Shown piece by piece: positions 37,929 to 47,226 of a stretch of 49,421 nucleotides of DNA; the first letter of the stretch is position 1; each line of letters begins with the position of its first letter. The translations under genes were made by a program, and so were the position numbers. The notes beneath the pieces were generated by a model. That model worked only from the letters and a program-made list of their open reading frames with translations. It made no database searches and was not told where the DNA came from. Origin of the DNA: Acidobacteriota bacterium (lineage in GTDB: Bacteria; Acidobacteriota; Terriglobia; Terriglobales; Acidobacteriaceae); NCBI GenBank assembly GCA_028873155.1, contig JAGWML010000001.1, positions 1 to 49,421 of the forward strand. The letters are read 5' to 3'.

Positions 37929-38690
37929 TCAGCTGGCCGCGCTCACCAGCAGGCACGTGACGTTGTCATGGCCGCCTGCTCGTTTGGCGGCCTCCACCAG
38001 GTTGGAGCAATGCTCCGTGAGGCTTCCGTTGTTGCACAGCATCGCCTCAATCGCCTTGTCGGTCAGTTCGCGCGTCAGCCCGTCTGTGCAGAGCAGGAAC
38101 AGGTCGCCCGGCTCAATCTCCAGCGCAAAAACATCGGGAGTGACGCGGCTCTGCGTGCCGAGTGCGCGTGTAATCACGTTCTTGAGCGGTGACCGCGATG
38201 CTTCGGCGCTCGTCATGCGGCCCATGCGCACCTGCTCTTCCACCAGAGAGTGGTCGGCTGTAATCTGTTCCAGCCTACCTTGACGAAGCCGGTAGCAACG
38301 GCTGTCCCCGACGTTCAGCACCCAGGCGTGGGCGTCCCGCACCGCCAGGGCAACCATCGTGGTGCCCATGCCGCTGAGCCGCTGGTTTCTCTGGCTCCGG
38401 GTATAGATGGCCTCATTCGCCGCTGCAATCGCCTGCTCCAACGCCGCCGGCACTGCAAAACTCTCTGCGTCGTGCCCCGCGCCATCGGTCAGTCGAAGCA
38501 CCTCATCCACGGCCAGAGAACTCGCTATCTCACCCGCTGCCGCTCCACCCATGCCGTCGCATACGACATACACGCCATCTTCGTCTGAGTAGCCAAATGC
38601 GTCTTCATTCGAAGGCCGCTTCCGCCCCCTGTCCGTGATCGCTGAAGCCATATAGTGGACGACTGCCGTGGCCACGATGAATGCCCCCAT
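37929..38690 (-). CDS. PP2C-family Ser/Thr phosphatase (Stp1/PrpC-like)
   Basis: R..NED, VCDGMGG, GTT, NVGDSR, LCTDGL, GGHDNVT. Confidence 0.95.
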   Translation of the reverse strand: MGAFIVATAVVHYMASAITDRGRKRPSNEDAFGYSDEDGVYVVCDGMGGAAAGEIASSLAVDEVLRLTDGAGHDAESFAVPAALEQAIAAANEAIYTRSQRNQRLSGMGTTMVALAVRDAHAWVLNVGDSRCYRLRQGRLEQITADHSLVEEQVRMGRMTSAEASRSPLKNVITRALGTQSRVTPDVFALEIEPGDLFLLCTDGLTRELTDKAIEAMLCNNGSLTEHCSNLVEAAKRAGGHDNVTCLLVSAAS

Positions 38691-38741
38691 CCATCAGTCT
38701 ACACAGGAGTTTGCAATGCGCCAGCGAATTTTTCCTCTGCG

Positions 38742-40046
38742 TCAATGGGCCGCGACAGGCGGCGCAGTTCCGCTCCCGCTCACGTCATACACCTGAATCA
38801 GCCCCGCATCCAGCACCGCCAACCGCTTCCCTGAAGGCGAAATTGCCACGTTGCCGCCGCCGTCCAGCACAGGGCTCGCGGGAACCCGCGCCACGACCTT
38901 TCCAGTCGACGTATCGTAGACCTCCACCAACTGCCCCAGCACGTCCTCAAAGCTGAGCGGAGAAAACGCATCGATCGGGTGCGTCACAAACAGCGTCTCC
39001 CTCGCCATCCGCGATCCCTCCGGCGACATCACCAGAATCGGCCACACCTGGTTCGGAGCGGTAGGAGCCTCCCACAATTTGCGCCCGTCAGTCCCCAGAG
39101 CCACCAGCCGCCGCGTGCCATCGGGATTGCATGCGGTCGCCACCAGCCGCTTTTGCGTCACGAAGTCGATCCGCGGATCGCAGGTCGAGTCCACCCGTCC
39201 CATCGGCTGGGTTCCACCTGCGAATTGGTTCAGATCGAGACGCCACTGCCGCTGATTGGCCTGACGGGTCTCCACGTATCCCGCCGCATTAATGGGCAGA
39301 TACACAGGGTTGTGCACCCGGCTCACCAGAATCACCTGCCCGCTTGCCCGCTGCAGCACGCGCAGCACGATCTCCGGCGCTCCCGACTCAGCCGGAGCGT
39401 TGGCTTCTTCCGGCTGCTTGCCTGCTCCCGTCGATTCATTGGCCGGCGACGGAGGCTCGTGCGAATCCGTGACCAGATACTGCTGCTCCGGGTCCATCTC
39501 CATCCACAGCAGCGGACCGGGGAAATGCAGCAGAGGCTTCAACTCCAGCGACGCATCGCCGACCTTCAGGTCATTTTCGTCGCGCAACAAAAAATGCCCG
39601 TCCTTCAACATCCAGAGGTAGCGGGCATGATCGTGCAGCGTCCACACCGCCTCGCTCTCCACCCTGCCCGATGGCAGATCCAGCACCACCGCTCGGACCT
39701 GGCGTTCCTCTCCGTCAGAGTTCGAAGACCGATGGATCAGGCCCGGCGCTCGGAACGAGAACAGCAGCCGGTTCTCATCCAGAAAATCCAGTGAGACCAG
39801 GCTCTGCCGCTGCCCCTGAAAGTAGGCCCCCGGCGGATAAAAACCAAGCGGCTCCACTCCGACCGTCATCTCCGGCCGTTCGCTGGCCAGCATCCACGGC
39901 CGCTTTTCCGGCTCCGGCTGCTGCGGCTGCTTCTTGTCTTTGAGTCCGCCAGCGCCACTGAGCGGCACACAAAAGAAAGCTGCCATCCAAGCCAATACCA
40001 GGCCCGCGCGCCAGCCCTTTAGATTCTTCACAAGCCCCACTCTCAT
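38742..40046 (-). CDS. hypothetical exported beta-propeller-like protein
   Basis: GGAGA RBS before ATG at 40046, signal peptide, WD-like repeats (AISPSGKRLAV…IQVYD). This is the 3' part of the 772-aa track ORF. Confidence 0.8.
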   Translation of the reverse strand: MRVGLVKNLKGWRAGLVLAWMAAFFCVPLSGAGGLKDKKQPQQPEPEKRPWMLASERPEMTVGVEPLGFYPPGAYFQGQRQSLVSLDFLDENRLLFSFRAPGLIHRSSNSDGEERQVRAVVLDLPSGRVESEAVWTLHDHARYLWMLKDGHFLLRDENDLKVGDASLELKPLLHFPGPLLWMEMDPEQQYLVTDSHEPPSPANESTGAGKQPEEANAPAESGAPEIVLRVLQRASGQVILVSRVHNPVYLPINAAGYVETRQANQRQWRLDLNQFAGGTQPMGRVDSTCDPRIDFVTQKRLVATACNPDGTRRLVALGTDGRKLWEAPTAPNQVWPILVMSPEGSRMARETLFVTHPIDAFSPLSFEDVLGQLVEVYDTSTGKVVARVPASPVLDGGGNVAISPSGKRLAVLDAGLIQVYDVSGSGTAPPVAAH

Positions 40047-40127
40047 CGGTCTCCATTCTCTCCGATGCGAGTCACTTTCCGCATCTCTCTGGTGGCGTGC
40101 CAGTCTATGCGAAAGTAGAGGAAGGCC

Positions 40128-41090
40128 ATGCCCTCTTCGTACACCTCCAGCACCCGCATCCGCTTTCTCGGCTACGGCGCCTGCGCCCTCGCCGGCTGCC
40201 TCTGGGGAACCGGCTTCTACTTCGGCCGCCTCGCTCTCAACGAGATGAGCGTCGAGTCCATGGTGCTGTACCGGTTTCTGTTCGCCTGCCTCGGCATGCT
40301 CCCCGTCGCGCTCGTTCACCGCGTCCGCCTCACCGCGCACGAAACCCGCATCCTGCTGCTCTCCGCCTTCTTTGGTGTCCCCGTTCAATTCCTCATCCAG
40401 TTCCACGGTCTTGCGCTCACCACCGTCAGCCACGCTTCTCTCATGGTTGGTTCGATGCCGGTTTTGCTTGGCGTCGCCGCGGCTCTTTTCGCCGGCGAGC
40501 GCATCGACCTCATCGGTTGGCTGGCCCTCGTTGCCTCCACCGTCGGCGCCACCCTCATCGTGCTCGGCGGCCATCGCGGAGCGGCCACGCACGGCCAGCC
40601 CTCGCTCACCGGCGACCTGCTCGTGGTGCTCTCGCTCTGCACCGCGCTCGCCTGGATTCTGCTCAGCAAGAAGCTCATGCATTCCCACAGCCCACCGGTT
40701 GTCACGGCCTACACCATCCTCTCCGGCGCTGTCATGCTCGCCGCCTGGATTCTCGGGCCGTGTCTCCTCAACCCCTGGCGCGCCGTGCCCCATCCGTGGC
40801 CTGCTTTCGCACACGTCAGCGCGGTCGCATGGACGGCGCTCGCCATCAGCGGACTCGCCTGCACCGCGACCACAACGCTTTTGTGGAACTGGGGAATTCA
40901 TCATGTGCCCGCGTCCCGCGCCGGCGTATTCCTCAACATCGAGCCCGCCCTCGGCTCCTACCTCGGGGTCAGGCTTCTCGGCGAGCACCTCGGACCGCAT
41001 GCCTTCGCGGGCGGCGCGCTCATTCTCGGCGCAGCCATCGTGCTCACGACGCGCGGCCACGAGCCGCAGCCAGAAATCATCCTCGAATAG
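40128..41090 (+). CDS. DMT/EamA-family transporter (two EamA repeats)
   Basis: About 10 TM helices; LWG..F, RF, GDL, F.NIEP, LLGE. Confidence 0.92.
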   Translation: MPSSYTSSTRIRFLGYGACALAGCLWGTGFYFGRLALNEMSVESMVLYRFLFACLGMLPVALVHRVRLTAHETRILLLSAFFGVPVQFLIQFHGLALTTVSHASLMVGSMPVLLGVAAALFAGERIDLIGWLALVASTVGATLIVLGGHRGAATHGQPSLTGDLLVVLSLCTALAWILLSKKLMHSHSPPVVTAYTILSGAVMLAAWILGPCLLNPWRAVPHPWPAFAHVSAVAWTALAISGLACTATTTLLWNWGIHHVPASRAGVFLNIEPALGSYLGVRLLGEHLGPHAFAGGALILGAAIVLTTRGHEPQPEIILE

Positions 41091-41109
41091 TGCCCCAGGG
41101 CCAGCCCGC

Positions 41110-41136
41110 TCATTTCATTCGCATCAATGCCGATAA
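41110..41136 (+). promoter_or_regulatory. sigma28/FliA-like promoter
   Basis: TCAT-N15-GCCGATAA (consensus -10) upstream of the hemerythrin gene. Confidence 0.6.
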
Positions 41137-41170
41137 CTCTACTGCCGCTGCCACGGCAGGAGTAAAAACA

Positions 41171-41578
41171 TTGCCCCTCATTGCATGGAACGATTCTCTG
41201 TCGGTCGGAGTGACAACCATCGACGCGCAGCACAGAAAGCTCGTGGATACTCTCAATCAGCTCCATGACGCCATGCTTTCCGGTCAGGCGAGGCAACTCA
41301 CCGGTTCCATCCTGGAACGCCTGCTGCAATACACGCGGGAACACTTCTCCGCGGAAGAGGCCATGATGGCTGCCGCGGGCTATCCCGGCCTCGCCGAACA
41401 CAGGCTCCGCCACGTCGATCTCACCCGCCAGGTCGAGGGCTATGTCACTCGCTTCCAGCACGGTGAAATCACGCTGAACCTGCACCTGATGCATTTTCTA
41501 AGAGATTGGCTGACGCGGCACATCCAGAGCGAAGACCGGGCCTATGCCCCTGCGATGCGCGCTCGCGGCCTGCGCTGA
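41171..41578 (+). CDS. bacteriohemerythrin
   Basis: W…SVG..IDAQH, HFSAEE, HRLRH, WL..HI..ED di-iron ligands. AGGAG RBS with TTG start. Confidence 0.93.
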   Translation: MPLIAWNDSLSVGVTTIDAQHRKLVDTLNQLHDAMLSGQARQLTGSILERLLQYTREHFSAEEAMMAAAGYPGLAEHRLRHVDLTRQVEGYVTRFQHGEITLNLHLMHFLRDWLTRHIQSEDRAYAPAMRARGLR

Positions 41579-41581
41579 CGG

Positions 41582-42748
41582 CTACACCTCAAAGGAGAGC
41601 TGCGCCATCTCCCATCCCGCCTGCGTCGCTTTCGGCTCCGCCGCCAGGTCATACACCAGCCGCTCCAGCACCAGCCGCTTGTCCGGCGGCGACGAACGCA
41701 GCTCCAGATCCGCCCGCGCAATCAGCCGCAGCGCCCGTGTCAGTTCGCGCCTGCTCTTGTAGCGCCGAGCCTGCTGGATCAAACCCTCCGCCGCGAAGGG
41801 TGGAATCCGGAACCCCTGCCACAGCGCCTGCCAGATAGCCCGCGAATCCCGCACGTTCTTCTCCAATATCACCAGCATCTGGCGGAAGGTGCGCGCCAGC
41901 ATATACAAATGCCCGATCGCCGCATCCTCGCCCGCATCCGAGCTGTTCAGCAGTCCATGCAAAATCGCCACCGCCCGCGCTCGATTGTGCTGGCTGATCG
42001 CATCCGTCAGCTCATACAAAGACCGTTGCTTGGCTGCCAGCACCATCGTCTCCACATCGCCCAGCGTGATTTTTCCCCGTCCCTCGGTGTAGAGCAGCAG
42101 CTTTTCCAGCTCCGACGCAACCAGCATCATGTCCGCGCCGAGAGCGTCCACCAGCTCGCGCGCTGCCTCCGGCTCAATGCGCGTCCCGGCCTCCTGCGCC
42201 GTCACCGCCGCCCAGCGCATCGCATCGTCCTCATTCACGCGGGCCAGCTCCACCATCCCGCAATGCGCGCCCAGCGTCTCCGTCAGCCTCTCAAAGCGAT
42301 TCTTGTCTTCCATGTCCATGCGGCGGACGTCGCTGGTAATCCGTACAAAGTCCGCGAGGAACACCAGCACGGCCTGCGGGTTGGGAGACTTGAAGTAGCG
42401 GTCCAGCGCGGCAAATTCATCCTTCTTCGCTCCGCGCGTGTAGAGTTGCCGCACGCCGCGCACGAAAATCACCTGAAAAGGCGCCATCAACGATGGAGTC
42501 TGCGCGCGATCCAGCACCTCAAAGATTGAGGTGTTGGCAAGGTCCAGATCGGAGAGGCAGAAATCCCTCAGGTCCGGCGGAGCAAATCCTTTCAGCACCG
42601 CCGCACGGCAGCGGTCCTGCAGAAAGATCTCGTCGCCCACCAGCACATAACCCGGTCGCAGCGCGCCGTCGCCGGTCGCGGCGGCCTCCACTTCGGCCAC
42701 AAAGCGCCCTACAGCCGTAAACCCTGCGCCCCACCGCGTTCCGCTCAC
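41582..42748 (-). CDS. holA: DNA polymerase III subunit delta
   Basis: YVLVGDEIFL, TPSLM, ELEKLLLY, SLYELTDAI, ADLELRS…LERL; follows lptE. Confidence 0.88.
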   Translation of the reverse strand: MSGTRWGAGFTAVGRFVAEVEAAATGDGALRPGYVLVGDEIFLQDRCRAAVLKGFAPPDLRDFCLSDLDLANTSIFEVLDRAQTPSLMAPFQVIFVRGVRQLYTRGAKKDEFAALDRYFKSPNPQAVLVFLADFVRITSDVRRMDMEDKNRFERLTETLGAHCGMVELARVNEDDAMRWAAVTAQEAGTRIEPEAARELVDALGADMMLVASELEKLLLYTEGRGKITLGDVETMVLAAKQRSLYELTDAISQHNRARAVAILHGLLNSSDAGEDAAIGHLYMLARTFRQMLVILEKNVRDSRAIWQALWQGFRIPPFAAEGLIQQARRYKSRRELTRALRLIARADLELRSSPPDKRLVLERLVYDLAAEPKATQAGWEMAQLSFEV

Positions 42749-43046
42749 TCTGCCTCGCTCCGCGTTGACCGGTTGGTTCTCATTCCGTTCCAGAATAGCT
42801 GTCCGGGCTGTTCCTCAGCATCCTCAATTCGCACAGGTTGCCAACTTCCGCAACGCCACAGGACCGCTCTTCTGCCGGAACGCGCTCCCGCCCATGTCCG
42901 GTGTCCACTCGCTCCGAACCATCCACGGTTCTCATACCTTCGTAATCTGTCTCGCGCAACGTACACACACTCGGCGATTGCACGGCATTCGGACGATTTC
43001 TACACTGGGATTGGCCTCAGACGTACAGGCTGCAAGGCCCTCCCCC

Positions 43047-43095
43047 AAAAACAACAAAGCTGGCGCGCGACTTTCACGAGCCGCTCCAGCTTTGT
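43047..43095 (-). terminator. terminator after lptE
   Basis: ACAAAGCTGG…CCAGCTTTGT stem followed by TGTTTTT on the minus strand. Confidence 0.65.
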
Positions 43096-43616
43096 CAGAT
43101 CCCCTCCAGAACATCCGCCACAAGTGCTCGCGCAAAATCATGCGAGAGCCGTTCCACCGCCGCCGGGCTCTCGTCCAGAAATGTCGTCAGGTCCGTTGTC
43201 GACTGGTACTGCTCTCGAAAGACATAGCTCTTGTTCGCGTAGAGCACTTTGCCATCCCGCCCAGCAAGCTGGACCGATGCCACCACCGTCAGTAGAAAGC
43301 TCGAGGACTGCTGCGTCGCGGTGTTATAGGTCAGCGGCGCCATCGTCTCCTGCAGAATCGTCCCATGCAGCACCACATCCGGGTCACCGCCGGCATCCGG
43401 CGTCACGCGCAGCGATGTCCGCTCTGTAAACTCGCGAATGACCGCCTGCGTCATCGCAACTTCGGTGTGATAGTTGTTCGTCCGGGTGGCAAACACCGGC
43501 ACCGCCAGCGTGCGCGCATCCGGCGGCAGATGCGCCGCCGCGCCCAGCGTGTGATACCCGCACCCAGCCAAAGGCAGCAGCGCTCCCCCCACAACCATCG
43601 AATGCAGCCAGCGCAT
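43095..43616 (-). CDS. lptE: LPS assembly lipoprotein LptE
   Basis: Lipobox LAGC-GY, LP….LAVP.F, upstream of holA. The start could be GTG at 43619. Confidence 0.85.
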   Translation of the reverse strand: MRWLHSMVVGGALLPLAGCGYHTLGAAAHLPPDARTLAVPVFATRTNNYHTEVAMTQAVIREFTERTSLRVTPDAGGDPDVVLHGTILQETMAPLTYNTATQQSSSFLLTVVASVQLAGRDGKVLYANKSYVFREQYQSTTDLTTFLDESPAAVERLSHDFARALVADVLEGI

Positions 43617-43665
43617 CACCGTTTCAGTGTACTGAACCCGCCGCCCGCGACGTACCATAGCTGCT

Positions 43666-44085
43666 ATGACTTGGATTGGCTGGGCTCTGCTCTCTGCTCT
43701 CTTTGCCGCCGCAACGGCTCTTCTGGCCAAAGTCGGCGTCGCGCATGTGGACTCCAACCTCGCCACTGCAATCCGCACCAGCGTGGTTCTCGTCTTCGCC
43801 TGGGCCATTGCCATCGGCCTCGGCAAGCACGGTGAAATCCGCCTGCTCGACCGCCGCACCATTCTCTTCCTCACCCTGAGCGGCCTCGCCACCGGACTCT
43901 CCTGGATCTGCTACTTCCGCGCCCTGCAGCTCGGCCCCGCCTCGCGCGTCGCCCCGCTCGACAAGCTCAGCGTCCCACTCGTCCTCTTGTTCGCCTGGCT
44001 CCTGCTCGGAGAAAAGCTGAACGCCGCGGCCATCACTGGCGGACTGCTCATCACCGCCGGCGCCATCGTAATGGTCTTCGCCTGA
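43666..44085 (+). CDS. single-domain EamA-family transporter
   Basis: WALLSALFAA…AKVG…SNLATAIRT, SWICYFRALQ.G.AS.VAP.DKLS. Confidence 0.92.
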   Translation: MTWIGWALLSALFAAATALLAKVGVAHVDSNLATAIRTSVVLVFAWAIAIGLGKHGEIRLLDRRTILFLTLSGLATGLSWICYFRALQLGPASRVAPLDKLSVPLVLLFAWLLLGEKLNAAAITGGLLITAGAIVMVFA

Positions 44086-44138
44086 CGCCCGCTTTCTTAT
44101 ACTGGTCCCAGCGCTCCCCGTTTTGAGGAAAGGCCAGC

Positions 44139-44663
44139 TTGAACCCCCCGCACGCTCCCATTCGCCGCATCGTCCTCACCGGATTCATGGGCTCCGGTAA
44201 ATCCACTGTCGGCCCGCTCGTCGCCCAGCGCCTCGGCTGGCGCTTTCTCGACGCCGACAACGTCTTCGAGGCAGAAGCCGGCATGACCATCGCGGAGTTC
44301 TTCGCGCAACACGGCGAGCCCGCCTTCCGCGACCGCGAGCACGCCACTATCTCCCGCCTCGCCGGCACAGACGCCCTTGTTCTCGCTCTGGGCGGCGGCG
44401 CAATCGAGCGAGCCGAAACGCGCGCCCTGCTTCTCTCGCACTCTGGGACCCTCCTCGTCCATCTTGAAGTCACCCTGCCCACCACCCTCACTCGCTGCCG
44501 CGGCACTGAAGATACGCGCCCCATCCTCGCCGATCAGGCCAACCTCGAAGCCCGCTACCAGCGCCGTCTGCCGCATTACCGCACCGCCCACGTCTCCATC
44601 CCCGTCGACAACCTCACGCCCGATCAGGTCGCCGAAGCCATCCTCGCTGCCGCGGGCCTCTGA
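44139..44663 (+). CDS. aroK: shikimate kinase
   Basis: GFMGSGKST P-loop, GE..FR..E, LGGG, RP, R...Y. Confidence 0.92.
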   Translation: MNPPHAPIRRIVLTGFMGSGKSTVGPLVAQRLGWRFLDADNVFEAEAGMTIAEFFAQHGEPAFRDREHATISRLAGTDALVLALGGGAIERAETRALLLSHSGTLLVHLEVTLPTTLTRCRGTEDTRPILADQANLEARYQRRLPHYRTAHVSIPVDNLTPDQVAEAILAAAGL

Positions 44664-44762
44664 CGCAGCCCGCATGTGCGCCACACCCAGCCTCCCGTCT
44701 TGGTATCATCAAATCAGGCTCCCAGCTTCCCGCCAAATGGCCTCTGCTGCGCCGTCTTTTCC

Positions 44763-45755
44763 ATGCCACCTGTTTCACATGCCGCAGCACCGGCTGGCCT
44801 TGTCCAGCACGCCGAGCACCACGCGCACGCAACGCTCCATGCCCCGCCACCCGGTGTCACCGCCACGCTCCTGCACGACTTCCGCGAGCTCTTCAAAGTC
44901 CGCGTCACCGGCCTCGTTCTCGTCACCGGATGGGCTGGCTTCTACCTCGGCTCCATGCAGTCCGGCATCTCTACGCTCCAGCGCGGTCTGCTCGACACTC
45001 TCTTCGGCATCGGCCTCGTCTCTGCCGGATCCGGCGCGCTCAATCAGGCCCTCGAGCGCTCCACTGACGCGCTGATGAAGCGCACCGTGGACCGCCCGCT
45101 TCCCAGCGGCCGCGTGCCGCTCTCTGTCGGCATTCTTCTTGGACTCGGCGCGCTTGGCCTCGGAGCATGGTGGCTCCTGCTCCACACCAATCTGCTCACC
45201 GTCTCGCTCGCTCTGCTCACGGCCTTCACCTACGTCGCCGTGTACACGCCGCTCAAGCGCGTCACCACCCTGGCCACCTTCATCGGGGCATTTCCCGGCG
45301 CCATGGGCCCCATGCTCGGCTGGACCGCCGCCCGCGGACGCATCGAGTGGCCCGCCGTCGCGCTCTTCGCCATCCTCTTCGTCTGGCAGTTTCCTCACTT
45401 CATGGCCATCGCCTGGATGTACCGCGACGAGTACGCGCGCGCAGGCATCCGCATGCTGCCCGTCGTTCAGCCGGACGGCTGGTCCACCGTCGTCGAGGCG
45501 CTCTTCTATGCCGCTGTCATGATCCCCGTCAGCCTCGCGCCCTGGCGTCTGGGCATGGCCGGCATCGTCTACGCCGCCATTGCTCTTGTGCTCAGCATCG
45601 TTTATCTCGCCTACACCATTCGCTTCGCTCGGATTCTGCGCGATATCCCTCCGGACGAAAGCCGCATGGTTGCCCGCGACCTGCTCAAGGTCAGCGTCAT
45701 TTATCTGCCGCTGCTGCTCACAGCGCTCATGCTCGGCGCGATTGCCAGACACTGA
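44763..45755 (+). CDS. cyoE: heme o synthase (protoheme IX farnesyltransferase)
   Basis: NQ..ER..D..M.RT..RPLPSG, YTPLKR, WQFPHF, EYARAGI.MLP. Confidence 0.93.
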   Translation: MPPVSHAAAPAGLVQHAEHHAHATLHAPPPGVTATLLHDFRELFKVRVTGLVLVTGWAGFYLGSMQSGISTLQRGLLDTLFGIGLVSAGSGALNQALERSTDALMKRTVDRPLPSGRVPLSVGILLGLGALGLGAWWLLLHTNLLTVSLALLTAFTYVAVYTPLKRVTTLATFIGAFPGAMGPMLGWTAARGRIEWPAVALFAILFVWQFPHFMAIAWMYRDEYARAGIRMLPVVQPDGWSTVVEALFYAAVMIPVSLAPWRLGMAGIVYAAIALVLSIVYLAYTIRFARILRDIPPDESRMVARDLLKVSVIYLPLLLTALMLGAIARH

Positions 45756-45761
45756 GGCCCC

Positions 45762-46319
45762 ATGAACACCGTTGCCCCTGCTCCCAGTTCGCGTTCCGGC
45801 ACCGGCAGCGCGATCGCCGCCATTCTCGCCATCAGCGCGGCGGCTACGCTCTTTCTCTTCTGGCTCATCTACATCCATCCGGCGGCCGATGCAGCCAGCG
45901 TGCGCTTCGCATTCCTGCCCGGCCTCAATGCCGTGCTCAACGGACTCAGCGCCACCGCCCTCCTCATTGGCTATATCTTCATCCGTGCGCGCCGCATCGC
46001 CGCCCACCGCGCCTCCATGATCACGGCGTTCGTATTCTCCACGCTCTTCCTCGTCGGCTACATCGCCCACCACGCACTCCACGGCGATGTCCGCTATCCG
46101 CTCCATGCCGCATTCCGCACGTTCTATCTCTGGCTTCTCGGCAGCCACATCCTTCTAGCCACGCTCGCATTGCCGCTCGTTCTCGTAACCTTCTTCTTCT
46201 CGCTCTCTGGCCGCATTCCGCAGCACCGCAGAATCGCGCGCTGGACGTTCCCCATCTGGCTTTATGTCTCCGTCACCGGCGTCATCACCTACGTCATGCT
46301 CCGGCTCGCGCGAGGATAA
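45762..46319 (+). CDS. DUF420 (CtaM-like) membrane protein
   Basis: LP.LNA.LN, H…M, FL..Y, SHI.LA, HRRIARWTFPIWLYVSVTGV. Confidence 0.9.
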   Translation: MNTVAPAPSSRSGTGSAIAAILAISAAATLFLFWLIYIHPAADAASVRFAFLPGLNAVLNGLSATALLIGYIFIRARRIAAHRASMITAFVFSTLFLVGYIAHHALHGDVRYPLHAAFRTFYLWLLGSHILLATLALPLVLVTFFFSLSGRIPQHRRIARWTFPIWLYVSVTGVITYVMLRLARG

Positions 46320-46328
46320 CCATCTCGT

Positions 46329-46592
46329 ATGCCCGCTTCCCCACGGACACCCTTACCCGACGATGGCACGATCCAGCTCCTCCAGTGGGGCGGCTCCATG
46401 GTTGGCGCCGGCCTGCTGGCAGGGTTTCTGCTCCTTACCGTTCTCGGCGGATTCACGCCCACCGGCGCAACCACCAACACCGGCTGGTTCGCTCTCATCG
46501 TTGCGCTCATGTGCATCCCCTTCGGCGGCCTGCTGCTCCTCCTCGGCATCGCCAAATGGCTCCGCAACCGTACCCTGTCCCGCCGCGGCTGA
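46329..46592 (+). CDS. small hypothetical 2-TM membrane protein
   Basis: Directly follows the DUF420 gene; two hydrophobic helices. Confidence 0.65.
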   Translation: MPASPRTPLPDDGTIQLLQWGGSMVGAGLLAGFLLLTVLGGFTPTGATTNTGWFALIVALMCIPFGGLLLLLGIAKWLRNRTLSRRG

Positions 46593-46726
46593 CCGGGATT
46601 CTTCTCGCGCTCCCTGCCCTCTCTTGCGTTCTACCCTTTTTGCGGTACACTTCGTTATTCGCAGCTTGCGACAACAACAAAGCTCGAATGACTGCACAAT
46701 TCAACCGGAATGCCGCTGGGGGGCCC

Positions 46727-47179
46727 ATGAAAGTCACTGACACCATCGCCACAGTCCTCAAGAACAAGGCCATCAATACGATCCTGTCCATCTCGCCGGA
46801 TCAGACCGTCTACGAGGCCCTGGAGATGATGGCCCGTCACGATGTCGGTGCGCTGCTTGTGCTCTCTGACTCCCGTCTCGTCGGCATCCTCTCTGAGCGC
46901 GACTACGCCCGCAAAGGCATTCTCATCGGCCATGCATCCAAAGAGACGCGCGTCCGCGAGATCATGACCAGCCCCGTCACCTTCGTCTCGCCGCAGCAGA
47001 CCGTCGACGAGTGCATGACCATCATGACGCAGCATCACTTCCGCCATCTGCCCGTGGTTCAGAACGACGCCGTCATCGGCCTCGTCTCCATCGGCGATCT
47101 CGTCAAATGGACAATCTCCGGCCAGGCCCACGCCATCGAGGCGCTCGAAGGCTACATTACCGGCGCATATCCAGCCTGA
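46727..47179 (+). CDS. CBS-domain pair protein
   Basis: TVYEAL..M…VGAL.V…GILSERDY…IMT…RHLPV…SIGDLVK. This is the 3' end of the 670-aa track ORF. Confidence 0.92.
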   Translation: MKVTDTIATVLKNKAINTILSISPDQTVYEALEMMARHDVGALLVLSDSRLVGILSERDYARKGILIGHASKETRVREIMTSPVTFVSPQQTVDECMTIMTQHHFRHLPVVQNDAVIGLVSIGDLVKWTISGQAHAIEALEGYITGAYPA

Positions 47180-47226
47180 TTCTTCGCGGAAGCTGCTCCC
47201 CGGCCGCAGGTGCGGCCCCGGCGCTC

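Noticed and set aside
38742-41060. 772-aa minus-strand ORF
   Set aside because: The portion above 40046 is the antisense shadow of the DMT transporter. Only 38742-40046 has an RBS and signal peptide.
40097-41578. 493-aa ORF appearing as a hemerythrin fusion
   Set aside because: The N-terminal Arg/Pro-rich part is an off-frame read of the DMT gene. The real start is TTG at 41171 with an RBS.
4076-46148. Long antisense or alternate-frame ORFs (e.g. 4076-5257, 9878-10882, 19988-20965, 32677-34044, 35068-36267, 44775-46148)
   Set aside because: Typical high-GC shadow ORFs opposite recognisable genes, with no motifs.
45167-47179. 670-aa ORF ending in a CBS pair
   Set aside because: Off-frame overlap of cyoE, DUF420 and the small membrane gene. 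Only 46727-47179 is credible.
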